Source of the DNA: an uncultured delta proteobacterium | GTDB taxonomy: Bacteria; Desulfobacterota; Binatia; UBA9968 | Assembly (NCBI GenBank): GCA_963745835.1 | Contig: CAVUZH010000003.1 | Span: 224,001-288,000 of the forward strand | Length of the DNA stretch: 64,000 nucleotides | Direction of reading: 5' to 3' | Part shown: positions 1 to 10,585 of the stretch, in pieces | Layout: each line of letters opens with the position of its first letter | Numbering within the stretch: the first letter of the stretch is position 1 | Translations under genes and position numbers: made by a program | The notes under the pieces: model-generated | Told to the model about the DNA's origin: nothing | The model's input: the letters and a program-made list of their open reading frames with translations, nothing else | The model's database searches: none

Positions 1-219
1 ATGTGGACGGCGCTGGCTCGCCTAGAGAATGCTTCACCGAGTAAAGAAAAAATTCGCTGGGTGCCTCTGATACTTGCGTTGGAATGGGCCGACGCTCATG
101 CGCAAGAGCCGAAGCCGCGTCCCGGACATGAGGTCTTGCGCGAGTTTTTTGATTGCCTTACGGGGAAAGGCGTTTCTCAGGAAAAGATCGACTCAGCAGG
201 TGAGACTAACTCTGCTTGA
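1..219 (+). CDS. C-terminal part (or small ORF) of a hypothetical protein upstream of tssE
   Basis: Open frame from the window edge to TGA at 217-219, co-oriented with the T6SS genes; no recognisable motif. Confidence 0.35.
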   Translation: MWTALARLENASPSKEKIRWVPLILALEWADAHAQEPKPRPGHEVLREFFDCLTGKGVSQEKIDSAGETNSA

Positions 220-331
220 ATGAAACAAGAACTTGGCAGCCTTGATCGTTTTGAAAGAAAGCATCCTTCACCTTCATTGACAACTTTTTAAGTTTTGCGG
301 TAGAGCTAGACTCCCCAGATGATTATGACTT

Positions 332-824
332 ATGGCTAGAATTGATAGCGACGTGAACATCGTTCCGTCGATCCTCGACCGGCTGCTCGACGATGAACCG
401 GAAATCTCCACTGAGCCGGCTACGAGCCGAGTCAAGGGTTTTCGCTCCTTAGAACGATCCGTGGCTCGTGACCTCGAAGCGCTTCTCAACTCACGGCAGG
501 AAACCTTAAAGGAATTGCCCAGCGAGTTCAAAGAAGTAAACCGCTCGTTGCTGACGTACGGGCTGCCTGATTTCACCTCGTTCAGCTTACTAACCCAAGA
601 CGATCGGCTTCGGATCAGGCGATCAGTCGAAGACGCAATCAACACGTTTGAGCCGCGGCTGTTGCGGGTGCGCGTAGCGTCTGGAAGCGCCGCGGGAGCA
701 CGATCGCGGCCTGCGTTTTCGCATCGATGCCTTTTTGCGGGTAGATCCGTCGCCGGAACCTGTGACCTTCGATGCGGTGTTGCAGATGAACACTCAACAG
801 TACGTGATTCAGCGGGAGCAGTAA
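332..824 (+). CDS. tssE: T6SS baseplate subunit TssE (gp25-like), frameshifted near 680
   Basis: N-terminal PSILDRLLDDEP...RDLEALLNSR...YGLPDF...FEPRL. After a +1 shift at ~680 the frame reads LEAPREHDRGLRFRIDAFLRVDPSPEPVTFDAVLQ...EQ* with TAA at 822-824 overlapping the tssF ATG (TAATG). Confidence 0.9.
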
Positions 825-2644
825 TGGCTGACGATCTTATTACCTACTATGAGAGAGAGCTCAGCTTTCTTCGGCAAATGGGAGCCGAGTTCGCTGCCAA
901 ATACCCTAAGATCGCTGCCCGCTTACTCCTTGAAGCGGACGCGTCGGAAGATCCTCATGTTGAGCGCCTGATTCAGGCGTTTGCCTTTCTTGCCGCGCGC
1001 GTCCATCACAAGATCGACGATGACTTCCCAGAGGTGACTGAAGCTCTACTGAACGTGCTTTACCCTCATTATCTGGCGCCGATTCCCTCGATGTCGGTGG
1101 TCCAGTTTGTTCTTGATCCGGAGCAAGGAAAGCTTACGAGCGGATACGCGGTTGCGAAAGGCTCTACTCTTTACTCACATCCTGTCGATGGTGCGCCATG
1201 CAGGTTCCGCACCTGTTATCCCGTTACGTTGTGGCCGGTTCAGATCGAGACAGCGAGTCTCGAACCGGTAGACTCACGCTTGGGTGTTTTTCCGAGAGCG
1301 GCACTCGGATTAATACGGCTCGAGATCCGCTGCTTGAGCGGCATCAAGTTTGCCCAGCTAGAGCTTGACCGGCTTCGTTTTTTTCTGCACGGGGAAGGCG
1401 CGCTGACTTATGCGTTGTACGAACTGCTCTTTAACAACGTGATAGAAGTGCGCATCCCGTCCAGCAAACCCAACGAAAGCTCCAAGGATATTTCGCTGCC
1501 GGCCAGCAGCGTAGGTCCGGTCGGATTTGGCGCCGATGAAGGAATCCTGCCTTACGGTGCGCGATCGTTCCTGGGATACCGGCTGCTGCAAGAGTATTTC
1601 AGTTTCCCGGAAAAATTTTTATTTTTCGAGCTCACCGGACTCAATCGTGCGGCGCAGAGTCGACTTGACGATCGGATGGAAATTCGGATCTTGCTCAATC
1701 GAATGCCGCGCTTGGAGCAACCGGTTACACGAGATACATTTCGCTTGGGTTGCACGCCGATTGTGAACTTGTTTTCCCAAACCGCCGAGCCTATCCGCCT
1801 GAGCCACACAGGCACCGAGTACCAGGTGTTTCCCGATATTCGAAGACAAAATGCCACCGAGGTCTATTCCATTGACTCGGTGACCAGCGTTTCTCCCGGT
1901 TCCGATGAGGTGGTCGAATTCGAGCCCTTCTACTCCTTCAAGCATGGAGTTGAACGGGAGCACCAGCAGGCCTTCTGGTATGCCGCGCGCAAGCCGTCTC
2001 CGAAAAAAGGGGATAACGGCACCGACGTGCATCTGGCGTTCGTCAATCTTGATTTCCGGCCCACCCTTCCGGCCGTGGACACGTTGATCATTCACACCAC
2101 ATGCAGCAATCGGGATCTTCCGGGGAAGCTGCCGTTCGGGGGCGACCGCGGTGAGTTCGAGCTCGAGGGAGCGGCGCCGCTATCGCGCATTCGTTGTCTG
2201 CGCAAGCCGACCGAGACTCTGCGCGCGCCGTTACGCCGGGGGACCCAGTGGCGGATCATCTCGCATCTCGGCCTCAATTATCTTTCGCTCTGCGACGGAA
2301 GTCTCGAAGCGTTGAAAGAAATCCTAAAGATCTATGATTTCGCCGATTCATCGTCTGTACGACAGCAAATCAACGGCATTATGCTCTTGACCAGCAAACA
2401 AGTCGTCGGCCGACCGCGCTCGATGCCGTGGAATGGTTTCTGTCGCGGGCTGGAAGTAACGGTCGAGTTCGATGAAGAAAAATTTGTCGGCGGTGGAGTC
2501 TTTTTGTTTGCAGCCGTGTTGGAAAATTTTTTTGGCTTATACACTTCGCTAAATTCATTTACTCAGCTCGTTGCCAAATCTCGACAACGCGAGGAGCCCC
2601 TTAAGCGATGGCCACCGAGAGCCGGAGAGCAGATCCTTCTTTAG
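824..2644 (+). CDS. tssF: T6SS baseplate subunit TssF
   Basis: Starts MADDLITYYERELSFLRQMGAEFAAKYPKIAARL...DPHVERLIQAFAFL; LGCTPIVNLF; C-terminal YTSLNSFTQL...WPPRAGEQILL. Confidence 0.95.
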   Translation: MADDLITYYERELSFLRQMGAEFAAKYPKIAARLLLEADASEDPHVERLIQAFAFLAARVHHKIDDDFPEVTEALLNVLYPHYLAPIPSMSVVQFVLDPEQGKLTSGYAVAKGSTLYSHPVDGAPCRFRTCYPVTLWPVQIETASLEPVDSRLGVFPRAALGLIRLEIRCLSGIKFAQLELDRLRFFLHGEGALTYALYELLFNNVIEVRIPSSKPNESSKDISLPASSVGPVGFGADEGILPYGARSFLGYRLLQEYFSFPEKFLFFELTGLNRAAQSRLDDRMEIRILLNRMPRLEQPVTRDTFRLGCTPIVNLFSQTAEPIRLSHTGTEYQVFPDIRRQNATEVYSIDSVTSVSPGSDEVVEFEPFYSFKHGVEREHQQAFWYAARKPSPKKGDNGTDVHLAFVNLDFRPTLPAVDTLIIHTTCSNRDLPGKLPFGGDRGEFELEGAAPLSRIRCLRKPTETLRAPLRRGTQWRIISHLGLNYLSLCDGSLEALKEILKIYDFADSSSVRQQINGIMLLTSKQVVGRPRSMPWNGFCRGLEVTVEFDEEKFVGGGVFLFAAVLENFFGLYTSLNSFTQLVAKSRQREEPLKRWPPRAGEQILL

Positions 2645-3699
2645 AGCACGTACTGTTCGAAGAGGGATATCGGTTCGATTTTTTTCAGGCGGTGCGCGTC
2701 CTGGAGCGCCTCTATTCCGCGCGACTGCCTGTCGGACGCAGTTCCATACCTGCCAAGGAGGCGGTGCGCTTCCGGTCGCTTCTTTCTCTCAGCTTTCCCC
2801 CCAGCTCGATTTACGATGTTGCTTATCCCGACAACGGCGATAGTCCACCCGAGATGGTCGTGGCGTTTATGGGCTTGTTCGGTTTAGCGGGAGTGCTGCC
2901 GCGCCATTACACCGAGCTTCTGCTCGAGCGGGTGCGCCAGAAAGATTTCGCCCTGCGCGATTTTCTCGATCTCTTCAACCACCGGATGATCTCACTCTTT
3001 TATCGCGCCTGGGAGAAATATCGTTTTCCGGTGGCATACGAGCGTTCCCGTTTGTCCTCGGACGCTCATTATGATCCGTTCTCGTTTTCGCTATTCAATC
3101 TGATTGGAATGGGAACGGACGGGCTTCGAGGCAAGCTCAAATCCGGCGATGAACCTCTGCTGTATTACAGTGGCTTGATAGCCCAACAGCCGCGTTCGGC
3201 CTGCGCGCTCCAAGCTATGCTGGGTGACTATTTCAACGTGCCGCTGATCATCAAGCAATTTATCGGCGCTTGGCTCCGTGTTGATGATGAGAATCGCACC
3301 AGGCTTGGCCGTGGTGACTCCAATAACGAGCTTGGCACCACGACGATGCTCGGCTCTAAGTGCTGGGACCAACAAGCGGGCTTCACTTTAGCCGTCGGCC
3401 CGCTCAAGTTTCAGCAGTTTCGCGAATTTCTTCCTTGCGAGACTGGATTTAATTCATTGGTCGAACTGACTCGTTTTTTTGTCGGTTTAACGCTTGATTT
3501 TGATGTCCAATTGGTTTTACAAGCAGCTGAAGTACCGGGCTGTCGTTTGACCAGGCCAGGGCCGGAAGCGCTCCGACTCGGCTGGTCGAGCTGGCTAAAG
3601 ACAAAAGAGTTTTCTTGCGATGCCGCAGAGGCGGTTCTAGGACGCCATTTAACGCGCATGCAAAAATTATCTGGCCACCCTTCGCAGGCAACGCTATAG
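2608..3699 (+). CDS. tssG: T6SS baseplate subunit TssG
   Basis: FDFFQAVRVLE, SLSFPPS, FMGLFGLAGVLPRHYTE, DFLDLFNHRMISLFYRAWEKY, LGWSSWL motifs; follows tssF. Confidence 0.95.
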   Translation: MATESRRADPSLEHVLFEEGYRFDFFQAVRVLERLYSARLPVGRSSIPAKEAVRFRSLLSLSFPPSSIYDVAYPDNGDSPPEMVVAFMGLFGLAGVLPRHYTELLLERVRQKDFALRDFLDLFNHRMISLFYRAWEKYRFPVAYERSRLSSDAHYDPFSFSLFNLIGMGTDGLRGKLKSGDEPLLYYSGLIAQQPRSACALQAMLGDYFNVPLIIKQFIGAWLRVDDENRTRLGRGDSNNELGTTTMLGSKCWDQQAGFTLAVGPLKFQQFREFLPCETGFNSLVELTRFFVGLTLDFDVQLVLQAAEVPGCRLTRPGPEALRLGWSSWLKTKEFSCDAAEAVLGRHLTRMQKLSGHPSQATL

Positions 3700-3712
3700 G
3701 AGGCAGGCCCCC

Positions 3713-6382
3713 ATGAACGTTAATCTCAAATCTCTTATCGGTAAATTAAACAATACAGGCCGCCAGGCGCTCGAAAGCGCCGCAGGTTTGTGCGTGACTC
3801 GTACTCATTATGATATTGACATCGAGCATCTGTTGCTCAAGCTCGTCGAAGCCGAGAATACCGACATCCAGAAAATCCTTCGACACTATGAAGTCGATCA
3901 AGCTAGGCTCACGCGCGATCTAACTCGCGCGCTCGACCGGTTGAAAACCGGCAACGCGCGCACACCGGCGTTCTCGCCGAGAATTCCCCGGCTCATCACC
4001 GAAGCGTGGAATCTAGCCTCGATCGATTTCGGCGCGGCTAAGGTTCGCTCAGGCCATCTGCTCCTGGCAATGCTCAGCGAAGAAAACCTGGGCCGGCTGA
4101 CGAGGGATGCATCGCCCGAGCTGCAAAAAGTTTCGGTTGAAGAACTGCACAAGCATTTCGCCGATCTCACGGCAGGAACTGCTGAGGATGAAATCACATC
4201 TCCGACAAGCCCGGAGACCGCCGAGCCGGGTATGGGCGGTCCGACGAAGACGCCTTCGCTCGATCAGTTCACTATCGATTTGACTGACCGAGCGCGCAAG
4301 GGTCAAATCGATCCGGTGCTAGGCCGCGACTTCGAGATCCGGCAGATGGTCGATATTCTTACTCGCCGGCGACAGAACAATCCGATCCTGACGGGCGAAG
4401 CCGGTGTGGGAAAGACCGCGGTTGTCGAGGGGCTGGCGCTGCGGATTGCCGCGGGTGATGTGCCGCCGCCGCTTAAAAACGTCGCTTTGAAGTCTCTCGA
4501 TCTGACTTTGTTGCAGGCAGGGGCGGGCGTAAAAGGAGAGTTCGAAAATCGCCTCAAATCGGTTATCGAGGAAGTCAAAGCATCGGGGCAACCGATCATT
4601 CTTTTTATCGATGAAGCGCATACGATGATCGGCGCCGGCGGACAAGCGGGCCAAGGCGATGCGGCTAATATCTTGAAGCCGGCTCTGGCGAGAGGCGAAC
4701 TGCGCACCATTGCGGCGACGACTTGGTCGGAATACAAAAAATATTTCGAGAAGGACGCTGCTTTAGCAAGACGATTTCAGGTCGTGAAAGTCGATGAGCC
4801 CACCGAGGAGCAGGCAGTGGCGATGCTGCGCGGCCTGATGAGCACCCTCGAAAGTCATCACAACGTTCGGATTCTCGACGAGGCGATGGATGCAGCCGTG
4901 CGACTATCGCATCGCTACATCACCGGCAGGCAGTTGCCCGACAAGGCGGTGAGTGTGCTCGATACCAGTTCGGCGCGAGTGGCCTTGGGCCAGATGACGA
5001 CACCGCCGGCACTTGAAGACTGTCATCGCCGCATGGCCCACCTTGACACCGAGATGGGAATCCTTGAACGGGAATCTCTCACCGGCGGAAGCATGAACGA
5101 GCGCATCGACGCTCTGACCAAGGAGAAGGCTCAGATCGAAAGTCGTTTAGCTGAGCTCAACAACCGCTGGAACGAGGAAAAAAAGCGCGTCGAAGAGTTG
5201 CGCGGGCTTAGGGGAAAACTCGAGGCCCATGCGGCGGCAAGCAAACAAGCGGGCAATGGCAAAACAGACGGAAAGCTGTCTCCTGAGGAAGTTAAGCAGG
5301 CGCAGGGTGAGATCGCGCGACTCAACGATGAGTTAAGCAAGATTCAAGGCGACAGCCCCCTCATGCAGGTTTGCGTCGATGCCCAGGCCGTTGCCGAAGT
5401 AGTCTCGGGTTGGACGGGAATTCCCGTCGGCAAAGTCATGAAAGACGAGATCCAGACAGTGCTATCGCTCAAAGACCGGTTGGAGGAGCGCATAATCGGC
5501 CAGTCCCATGCGCTCGAAGCGATCGCCCAGCGCATTCGCACGGCGCGCGCGAAACTGGAAGATCCACGGCGGCCCATCGGCGTATTCATGCTCGTTGGGC
5601 CCAGCGGTGTTGGCAAGACCGAAACCGCCCTGGCGTTGGCGGACACGTTGTTTGGCGGCGAGCGCAATGTGGTTGTCATCAACATGTCTGAATACCAAGA
5701 AGGCCACACGGTCTCAGGTCTGAAGGGCTCGCCGCCGGGATACGTCGGCTACGGCGAAGGCGGAGTGCTGACGGAGGCGGTCAGGCGAAAGCCTTACTCA
5801 GTCGTGCTGCTCGATGAGATGGAGAAGGCGCACACCGATGTCATGGAGCTTTTCTATCAGGTCTTTGACAAAGGCATGTTGGAGGACGGCGAAGGCAGGG
5901 AAATCGATTTCAAGAACACCTTGATTCTCATGACCTCCAATGCCGGCACCGAGACGATCGCGAAGCTCTGTGCCGACCCGGATACCAAACCGGAACCGGA
6001 CGCGCTCGCCGACGCTCTGCGTCCTGACCTGCTCAAAGTCTTCAAGCCGGCGTTCCTGGGGCGAGCGATCATCGTTCCTTATTATCCGATTGCCGACGAC
6101 ATCATGAAGAAGATCATCGAGCTGCAGCTCGGAAGAATTCAAAAGCGGCTTTTCGAAAATCATCGGGCACAGTTTTCCTACGATCCAACTTTGGTCGACG
6201 AGGTCGCGCGCCGCTGCACCGAGGTCGAGAGCGGCGCGCGCAATGTCGATCATATTCTCACGCGCACCTTGTTGCCGGAAATATCGAAAGAGTTTCTGGC
6301 GAAGATGGCCGCTGGTGAGGGAATCAGCAGGGTACACGTATCAGTTGGCGGTCAGGGCGGTTTTCAGTACCAGATTGCATGA
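3713..6382 (+). CDS. tssH: T6SS AAA+ ATPase TssH/ClpV
   Basis: Two Walker A motifs (GEAGVGKT, GPSGVGKT), RRRQNNPIL, ClpV-type N-terminus (LIGKLN...LCVTRTHYDIDIEH) and C-terminal ESGARNVDHIL. Confidence 0.96.
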   Translation: MNVNLKSLIGKLNNTGRQALESAAGLCVTRTHYDIDIEHLLLKLVEAENTDIQKILRHYEVDQARLTRDLTRALDRLKTGNARTPAFSPRIPRLITEAWNLASIDFGAAKVRSGHLLLAMLSEENLGRLTRDASPELQKVSVEELHKHFADLTAGTAEDEITSPTSPETAEPGMGGPTKTPSLDQFTIDLTDRARKGQIDPVLGRDFEIRQMVDILTRRRQNNPILTGEAGVGKTAVVEGLALRIAAGDVPPPLKNVALKSLDLTLLQAGAGVKGEFENRLKSVIEEVKASGQPIILFIDEAHTMIGAGGQAGQGDAANILKPALARGELRTIAATTWSEYKKYFEKDAALARRFQVVKVDEPTEEQAVAMLRGLMSTLESHHNVRILDEAMDAAVRLSHRYITGRQLPDKAVSVLDTSSARVALGQMTTPPALEDCHRRMAHLDTEMGILERESLTGGSMNERIDALTKEKAQIESRLAELNNRWNEEKKRVEELRGLRGKLEAHAAASKQAGNGKTDGKLSPEEVKQAQGEIARLNDELSKIQGDSPLMQVCVDAQAVAEVVSGWTGIPVGKVMKDEIQTVLSLKDRLEERIIGQSHALEAIAQRIRTARAKLEDPRRPIGVFMLVGPSGVGKTETALALADTLFGGERNVVVINMSEYQEGHTVSGLKGSPPGYVGYGEGGVLTEAVRRKPYSVVLLDEMEKAHTDVMELFYQVFDKGMLEDGEGREIDFKNTLILMTSNAGTETIAKLCADPDTKPEPDALADALRPDLLKVFKPAFLGRAIIVPYYPIADDIMKKIIELQLGRIQKRLFENHRAQFSYDPTLVDEVARRCTEVESGARNVDHILTRTLLPEISKEFLAKMAAGEGISRVHVSVGGQGGFQYQIA

Positions 6383-6447
6383 AGGTCTTTCATGCGGCGC
6401 ACGATTCGCAGTTTTAGGGTCATGTCCTCGAGCTTGAGGGCGCAGTC

Positions 6448-8613
6448 ATGAATTACACTCAACAAGATCGGGCGATGGCGGTTACTACTCCGCTGGGCGC
6501 GGATAAGCTGTTGCTGCTGTCGTTCACCGGTCAAGAGGCGATCTCTCGGCTGTTCGATTTTCAACTGGATCTCACGGCCGAAAATGAGGTCGACGTCGCT
6601 TTTGACAAACTCCTAGGCCAGAAGATTACCACCAGGCTTGATTTACCGGACGGCGAGAAGCGCTACTTCAGCGGCATCTGTAATCGTGTGAGCCAGGGCG
6701 AACGAGACGAGATTTTTACTCGATATCGAATGGAAGTCGTGCCTCAGTTCTGGCTGCTGACGAAAAGGGCGCAGAGCCGGATTTTCCAGCAGATGACCGT
6801 GCCGGACATTCTCAAAAAAGTATTAACCGGGCTCGATGTGACTTATGAGATCCAGGGCAGCTTTCATCCGCGCGATTTTTGCGTCCAGTACCGCGAGACC
6901 GACTTTAACTTCGCCAGCCGGCTGATGGAAGAAGAGGGGATCTTTTATTTCTTTAAGCACAATTCGGAAGGCCACCAGCTGGTGGTGGCGAACACGCCGC
7001 AGAGCCATCCCGACTTGCCAACCCAGAGCAAGATTATTTATGAAGAGGTCCAAGACGGCAATCGGGAAGAAGACCGAATTTATGACTGGGAAAAAGTGCA
7101 GGAGTGGCGCTCGGGAAAGTATGTCTTGTGGGATCATTGCTTCGAGCTGCCGCACAAACATCTGGAAGCCGAAGCCAATATTCTCGACGCTGTTCAGGTC
7201 GGAAAGGTTAGTCACAAGTTCAAAGTCGGTGGCAACGATAAGCTCGAGATCTACGATTATCCAGGCGAGTACGCCCAGCGCTTTGACGGCATCCAACCGG
7301 GCGGCGGCGATCGCGCCGGCGATTTGCAGAAGATTTTTCAAGATAACCGGCGGACTACAGACATCCGCATACAGGAAGAAGCCCTGCCCGGATTAACCAT
7401 CCAGGGCGGCAGCAATTGCCGGCAGTTTGTCAGCGGCTACAAGTTTACCCTGCAAAGGCATTTCAACGCCGACGGCGACTACGTGATCACAAACGTGACT
7501 CATTCGGCACGCCAGGCGGGCGACTATCGGTCGAACGGCGGCGATTTTCATTACAGTAACAGTTTTAGCTGCATACCGGCGGCGTTACCGTTCCGGCCGC
7601 AGCGATTGACTCCGAAACCGGTGGTGCAGGGAACTCAAACGGCGGTCGTCGTGGGTCCGGCGGGCGAAGAGATTTTCACCGATAAATACGGCCGGGTTAA
7701 AGTTCAGTTTCACTGGGACCGTCAAGGAAAGAATGACGCGAACAGTTCCTGCTGGGTGCGCGTGGGAACGCCGTTGGCGGGAAAGCAGTGGGGCATGGTC
7801 CACATCCCGCGCATCGAGCAGGAAGTCATCGTTGACTTTCTCGAAGGCGATCCCGATCAGCCGATCATCATCGGCAGCGTTTACAATGCGAAGGAGATGC
7901 CGCCGTACGCGCTGCCCGATAACAAGACCCAGACAGGGATCAAGAGCCGCAGCAGTCTCGGCGGAACACCCGACAATTTCAACGAGATCCGTTTCGAGGA
8001 CAAAAAAGGACAAGAGCAAGTCTATATCCACGCCGAAAAGAACGAAGACATCGTCGTCGAGAATGACAAGACGGAAAACGTCGGCCACGATGAAACGATC
8101 ACGATCAGTAATGATCGCACCGAAACCGTCATGGGCCACGAAACTTTGTCCGTGGCCAAAAACAGAACCCGCACGGTGAGTCAGAACGAGATTGTGACTG
8201 TGGCGTTAACGCGCACACACACGGTCGGCATCAATGAAATGATCAATATCGGCGCGGCGCAGGAAGTGACGGTAGGCGCAATGCGCGCCTTAACGGTTGG
8301 GATCAATCAGGCGACGACTATCGGCAAGAATCTAAGCGAGAATATTGGCAGTGACCAGAGTGTTGATGTCGGCAAAAACTTGACGGAAAAAATTGGGACT
8401 AACCAGACCACATCGGTCGGCAAGAACCTGACGATAACTGCCGGCGATCAGATTGTTATCAAAACCGGCCAGTCCAGCATCACGATGAAGAAGGATGGAA
8501 CGATTACGATTGCCGGCAAGGACATTACGGTTAACGCATCCGGCAAGATTTTTGAGAAAGCAACTGGCAACATCGTCTTAAAGGGTCAAAAAATTTTGGA
8601 GAACGTAAAATGA
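6448..8613 (+). CDS. vgrG: T6SS spike protein VgrG/TssI (no C-terminal effector extension)
   Basis: CVQYRETDFNFASRLMEEEGIFYFF, GTQTAVVVGP..EEIFTDKYGRVKVQFHWDR, FLEGDPDQPIIIGSVYN, NEIRFEDKKGQEQVYIHAEKN and 8-residue gp5-like beta-helix repeats. Confidence 0.96.
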   Translation: MNYTQQDRAMAVTTPLGADKLLLLSFTGQEAISRLFDFQLDLTAENEVDVAFDKLLGQKITTRLDLPDGEKRYFSGICNRVSQGERDEIFTRYRMEVVPQFWLLTKRAQSRIFQQMTVPDILKKVLTGLDVTYEIQGSFHPRDFCVQYRETDFNFASRLMEEEGIFYFFKHNSEGHQLVVANTPQSHPDLPTQSKIIYEEVQDGNREEDRIYDWEKVQEWRSGKYVLWDHCFELPHKHLEAEANILDAVQVGKVSHKFKVGGNDKLEIYDYPGEYAQRFDGIQPGGGDRAGDLQKIFQDNRRTTDIRIQEEALPGLTIQGGSNCRQFVSGYKFTLQRHFNADGDYVITNVTHSARQAGDYRSNGGDFHYSNSFSCIPAALPFRPQRLTPKPVVQGTQTAVVVGPAGEEIFTDKYGRVKVQFHWDRQGKNDANSSCWVRVGTPLAGKQWGMVHIPRIEQEVIVDFLEGDPDQPIIIGSVYNAKEMPPYALPDNKTQTGIKSRSSLGGTPDNFNEIRFEDKKGQEQVYIHAEKNEDIVVENDKTENVGHDETITISNDRTETVMGHETLSVAKNRTRTVSQNEIVTVALTRTHTVGINEMINIGAAQEVTVGAMRALTVGINQATTIGKNLSENIGSDQSVDVGKNLTEKIGTNQTTSVGKNLTITAGDQIVIKTGQSSITMKKDGTITIAGKDITVNASGKIFEKATGNIVLKGQKILENVK

Positions 8614-9149
8614 AGAACCGGGTCATTAGAAACGCTGTGTACAGCCAGAAGAACCGAATTGAGCCAATGGATCAAGCGAGAACGTCTACTCTTTTGGAAC
8701 TCATCACCGAAGGAAGATCGCCAATGCAAATCCAGTCGGCGGAGTTATTGTTGGAAAATTTGCGGGTTTCGACGCTGCGGGAGATCCGCTAGTCAATTTT
8801 GTCGCCGATATCGATCTGCAGAGATATCGTCGCACGTTCCATGATCGCGCTCAGAGAAGACCAAGTAGGATCTGACGTTGTTCTCGCTTTTGAACATGGC
8901 GACTTAGCAAAGCCCATTGTCACGGGTCCCTTTGGCAGCGCGAAGATCCTCGTTCGCAAAAACTAGTTGTGGCAGAAGCTCGACGGAGAGCGTATAACTC
9001 TAACCGCTCAGAAAGAAATAGTTCTCCGTTGCGGCAAGGCGAGTATCACGCTGACTCAAGCAGGCAAAGTTCTCATTCGAGGAGCTTATCTTTCCAGTCA
9101 TTCATCAGGTGTGAACAGGATCAAAGGCGGTTCTGTCCAAATCAACTAG
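8610..9149 (+). CDS. DUF6484-family T6SS accessory protein, split by several frameshifts
   Basis: Reading across frames gives GVIVGKFAGFDAAGDPLVNF...IALREDQVGSDVVLAFEHGDLAKPIVTG...DGERITLTAQKEIVLRCGKASITLTQAGKVLIRGAYLSSHSSGVNRIKGGSVQIN*. Confidence 0.8.
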
Positions 9150-9258
9150 CTGAGACGCTTGACGTTTTATTGCAGTCAAGCGCAGAAAACGCAAATCGTC
9201 GGCAGAGCCGGACCACCCATGACGGCGATAGATCCGCTTCTCAGTTGCACTTGCACCG

Positions 9259-10532
9259 ATGAGCTTTACTGAGAGTGAGACTTCTACTGTTATCAAGGCG
9301 ATAATTGAGCAGCACGCGGACGAGGCCGCTTTTCTGTGGACCGTGCGAGATCGAGCTGTGCTTTCATCCAGCTACTCTCTTAAAGATACTTTCAGCCTTA
9401 GATGAACGAGTTGAAGCACATCTCGATGGCCTGCGTGTCGCCGGTCCGTTTGGCTGGGAGGCCTGTGAACAGGCTTTGGATCAAGCGGAACCTGGATGTG
9501 TGTTCCCGGCTACGGTGCTGGCGTTTGATAGTGGCGATGCTGAACGGATTCGCCGAGTTTTGCAAATAGCTTGTTTGTCGCCCGAGTTGCAGCGGGGACT
9601 CATTTCGGGTCTTGGATGGTTACCTTTTAGCAAGATCGAGGCAGACCTAAACGATATCCTTGTTTCTGAACTTCCGGAGATGCGCTGTATAGCCATTGCA
9701 GCTTTTGCTGCGCACCGTCGGGATCCTGGTGAGCCGTTAATGCAAGCACTATCTGATCCGAATGCTCGATTGCGGGCACGAGCACTCAAAGCTTGCGGAG
9801 AACTAGGGAAGGCGGATTTCTTGCCTCTGATTTTGAAGTCCATTTCAGATCAAGACGAGAGTGCCGTTTTTTTGCGGCCTGGTCTGCAGCTCGCCTTGGA
9901 GATCGATCGCAGCAAGTTGCTCAGACACTGAAAGAGATCGCATTTGGCGACGAGTGAGTATGCGGAACGGGCGTTAGACATTGCTCTGAGGATTATGAAT
10001 TTTCAAGACGCAAAAAGCTGGTATCAACACCTCAAGAGAGAACCTGCTCAACTCCGTACAGCAATAGATGCAGCCGGAATTATCGGAGTCCCAGAATTCG
10101 TAACAGACTTGATTGATTTCATGAAGCATCCAGCCGATTGCGCGGCTTGCCGGGCAATCGTTCTCGATGATTACGGGGGTGAATCTCGCCTACGAGAATC
10201 TGAGCGGAGATAAGCCAGAGGATTTTGACGCTGGACCAACAGAAGATCCCGAAGATGAAAATGTGGCAATGGATCCGGATGAGAATTTACCGTGGCCTGA
10301 CGCGGCGTTAGTGACAAAGTGGTGGAATCAGCATCGGCCGAAGTTCCAAGCTGGCAGACGATATCTCAGAGGCAAGGAAATCGCCACTCAATCACTTCGC
10401 GAGGTCTTGATCGAAGGAAATCAGCGCGAGCGTGCCGTGGCAGTTTTGGAGTTAGCTGTTAAAAAGCCGGCAGAGCGTTTGTTCGAAGTCCGGGCTCGGG
10501 CAGCATTCCAATTCGAGGCATTGAGGCTCTAG
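9259..10532 (+). CDS. TIGR02270-family HEAT-repeat T6SS accessory protein, frameshifted (about 3 breaks)
   Basis: IIEQHADEAAFLW..RDRA...LDERVEAHLDGLRVAG; ITGVNL; DDENV-like EDENVAMDPDENLPWPD...WW...GRRYLRG...GNQRER spread over ORFs 9305-9931, 9944-10213 and 10167-10532. Confidence 0.85.
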
Positions 10533-10585
10533 AACTTTTGGACGAGTGAAGAAGAACATTACTTGCTAAATCGGCTTAGCATAGG

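Noticed and set aside
332-2644. Apparent 770-aa TssE-TssF fusion ORF
   Set aside because: A single extra base near 680 diverts tssE into the tssF frame. The true TssE C-terminus is present in another frame and ends in TAATG overlapping the tssF start
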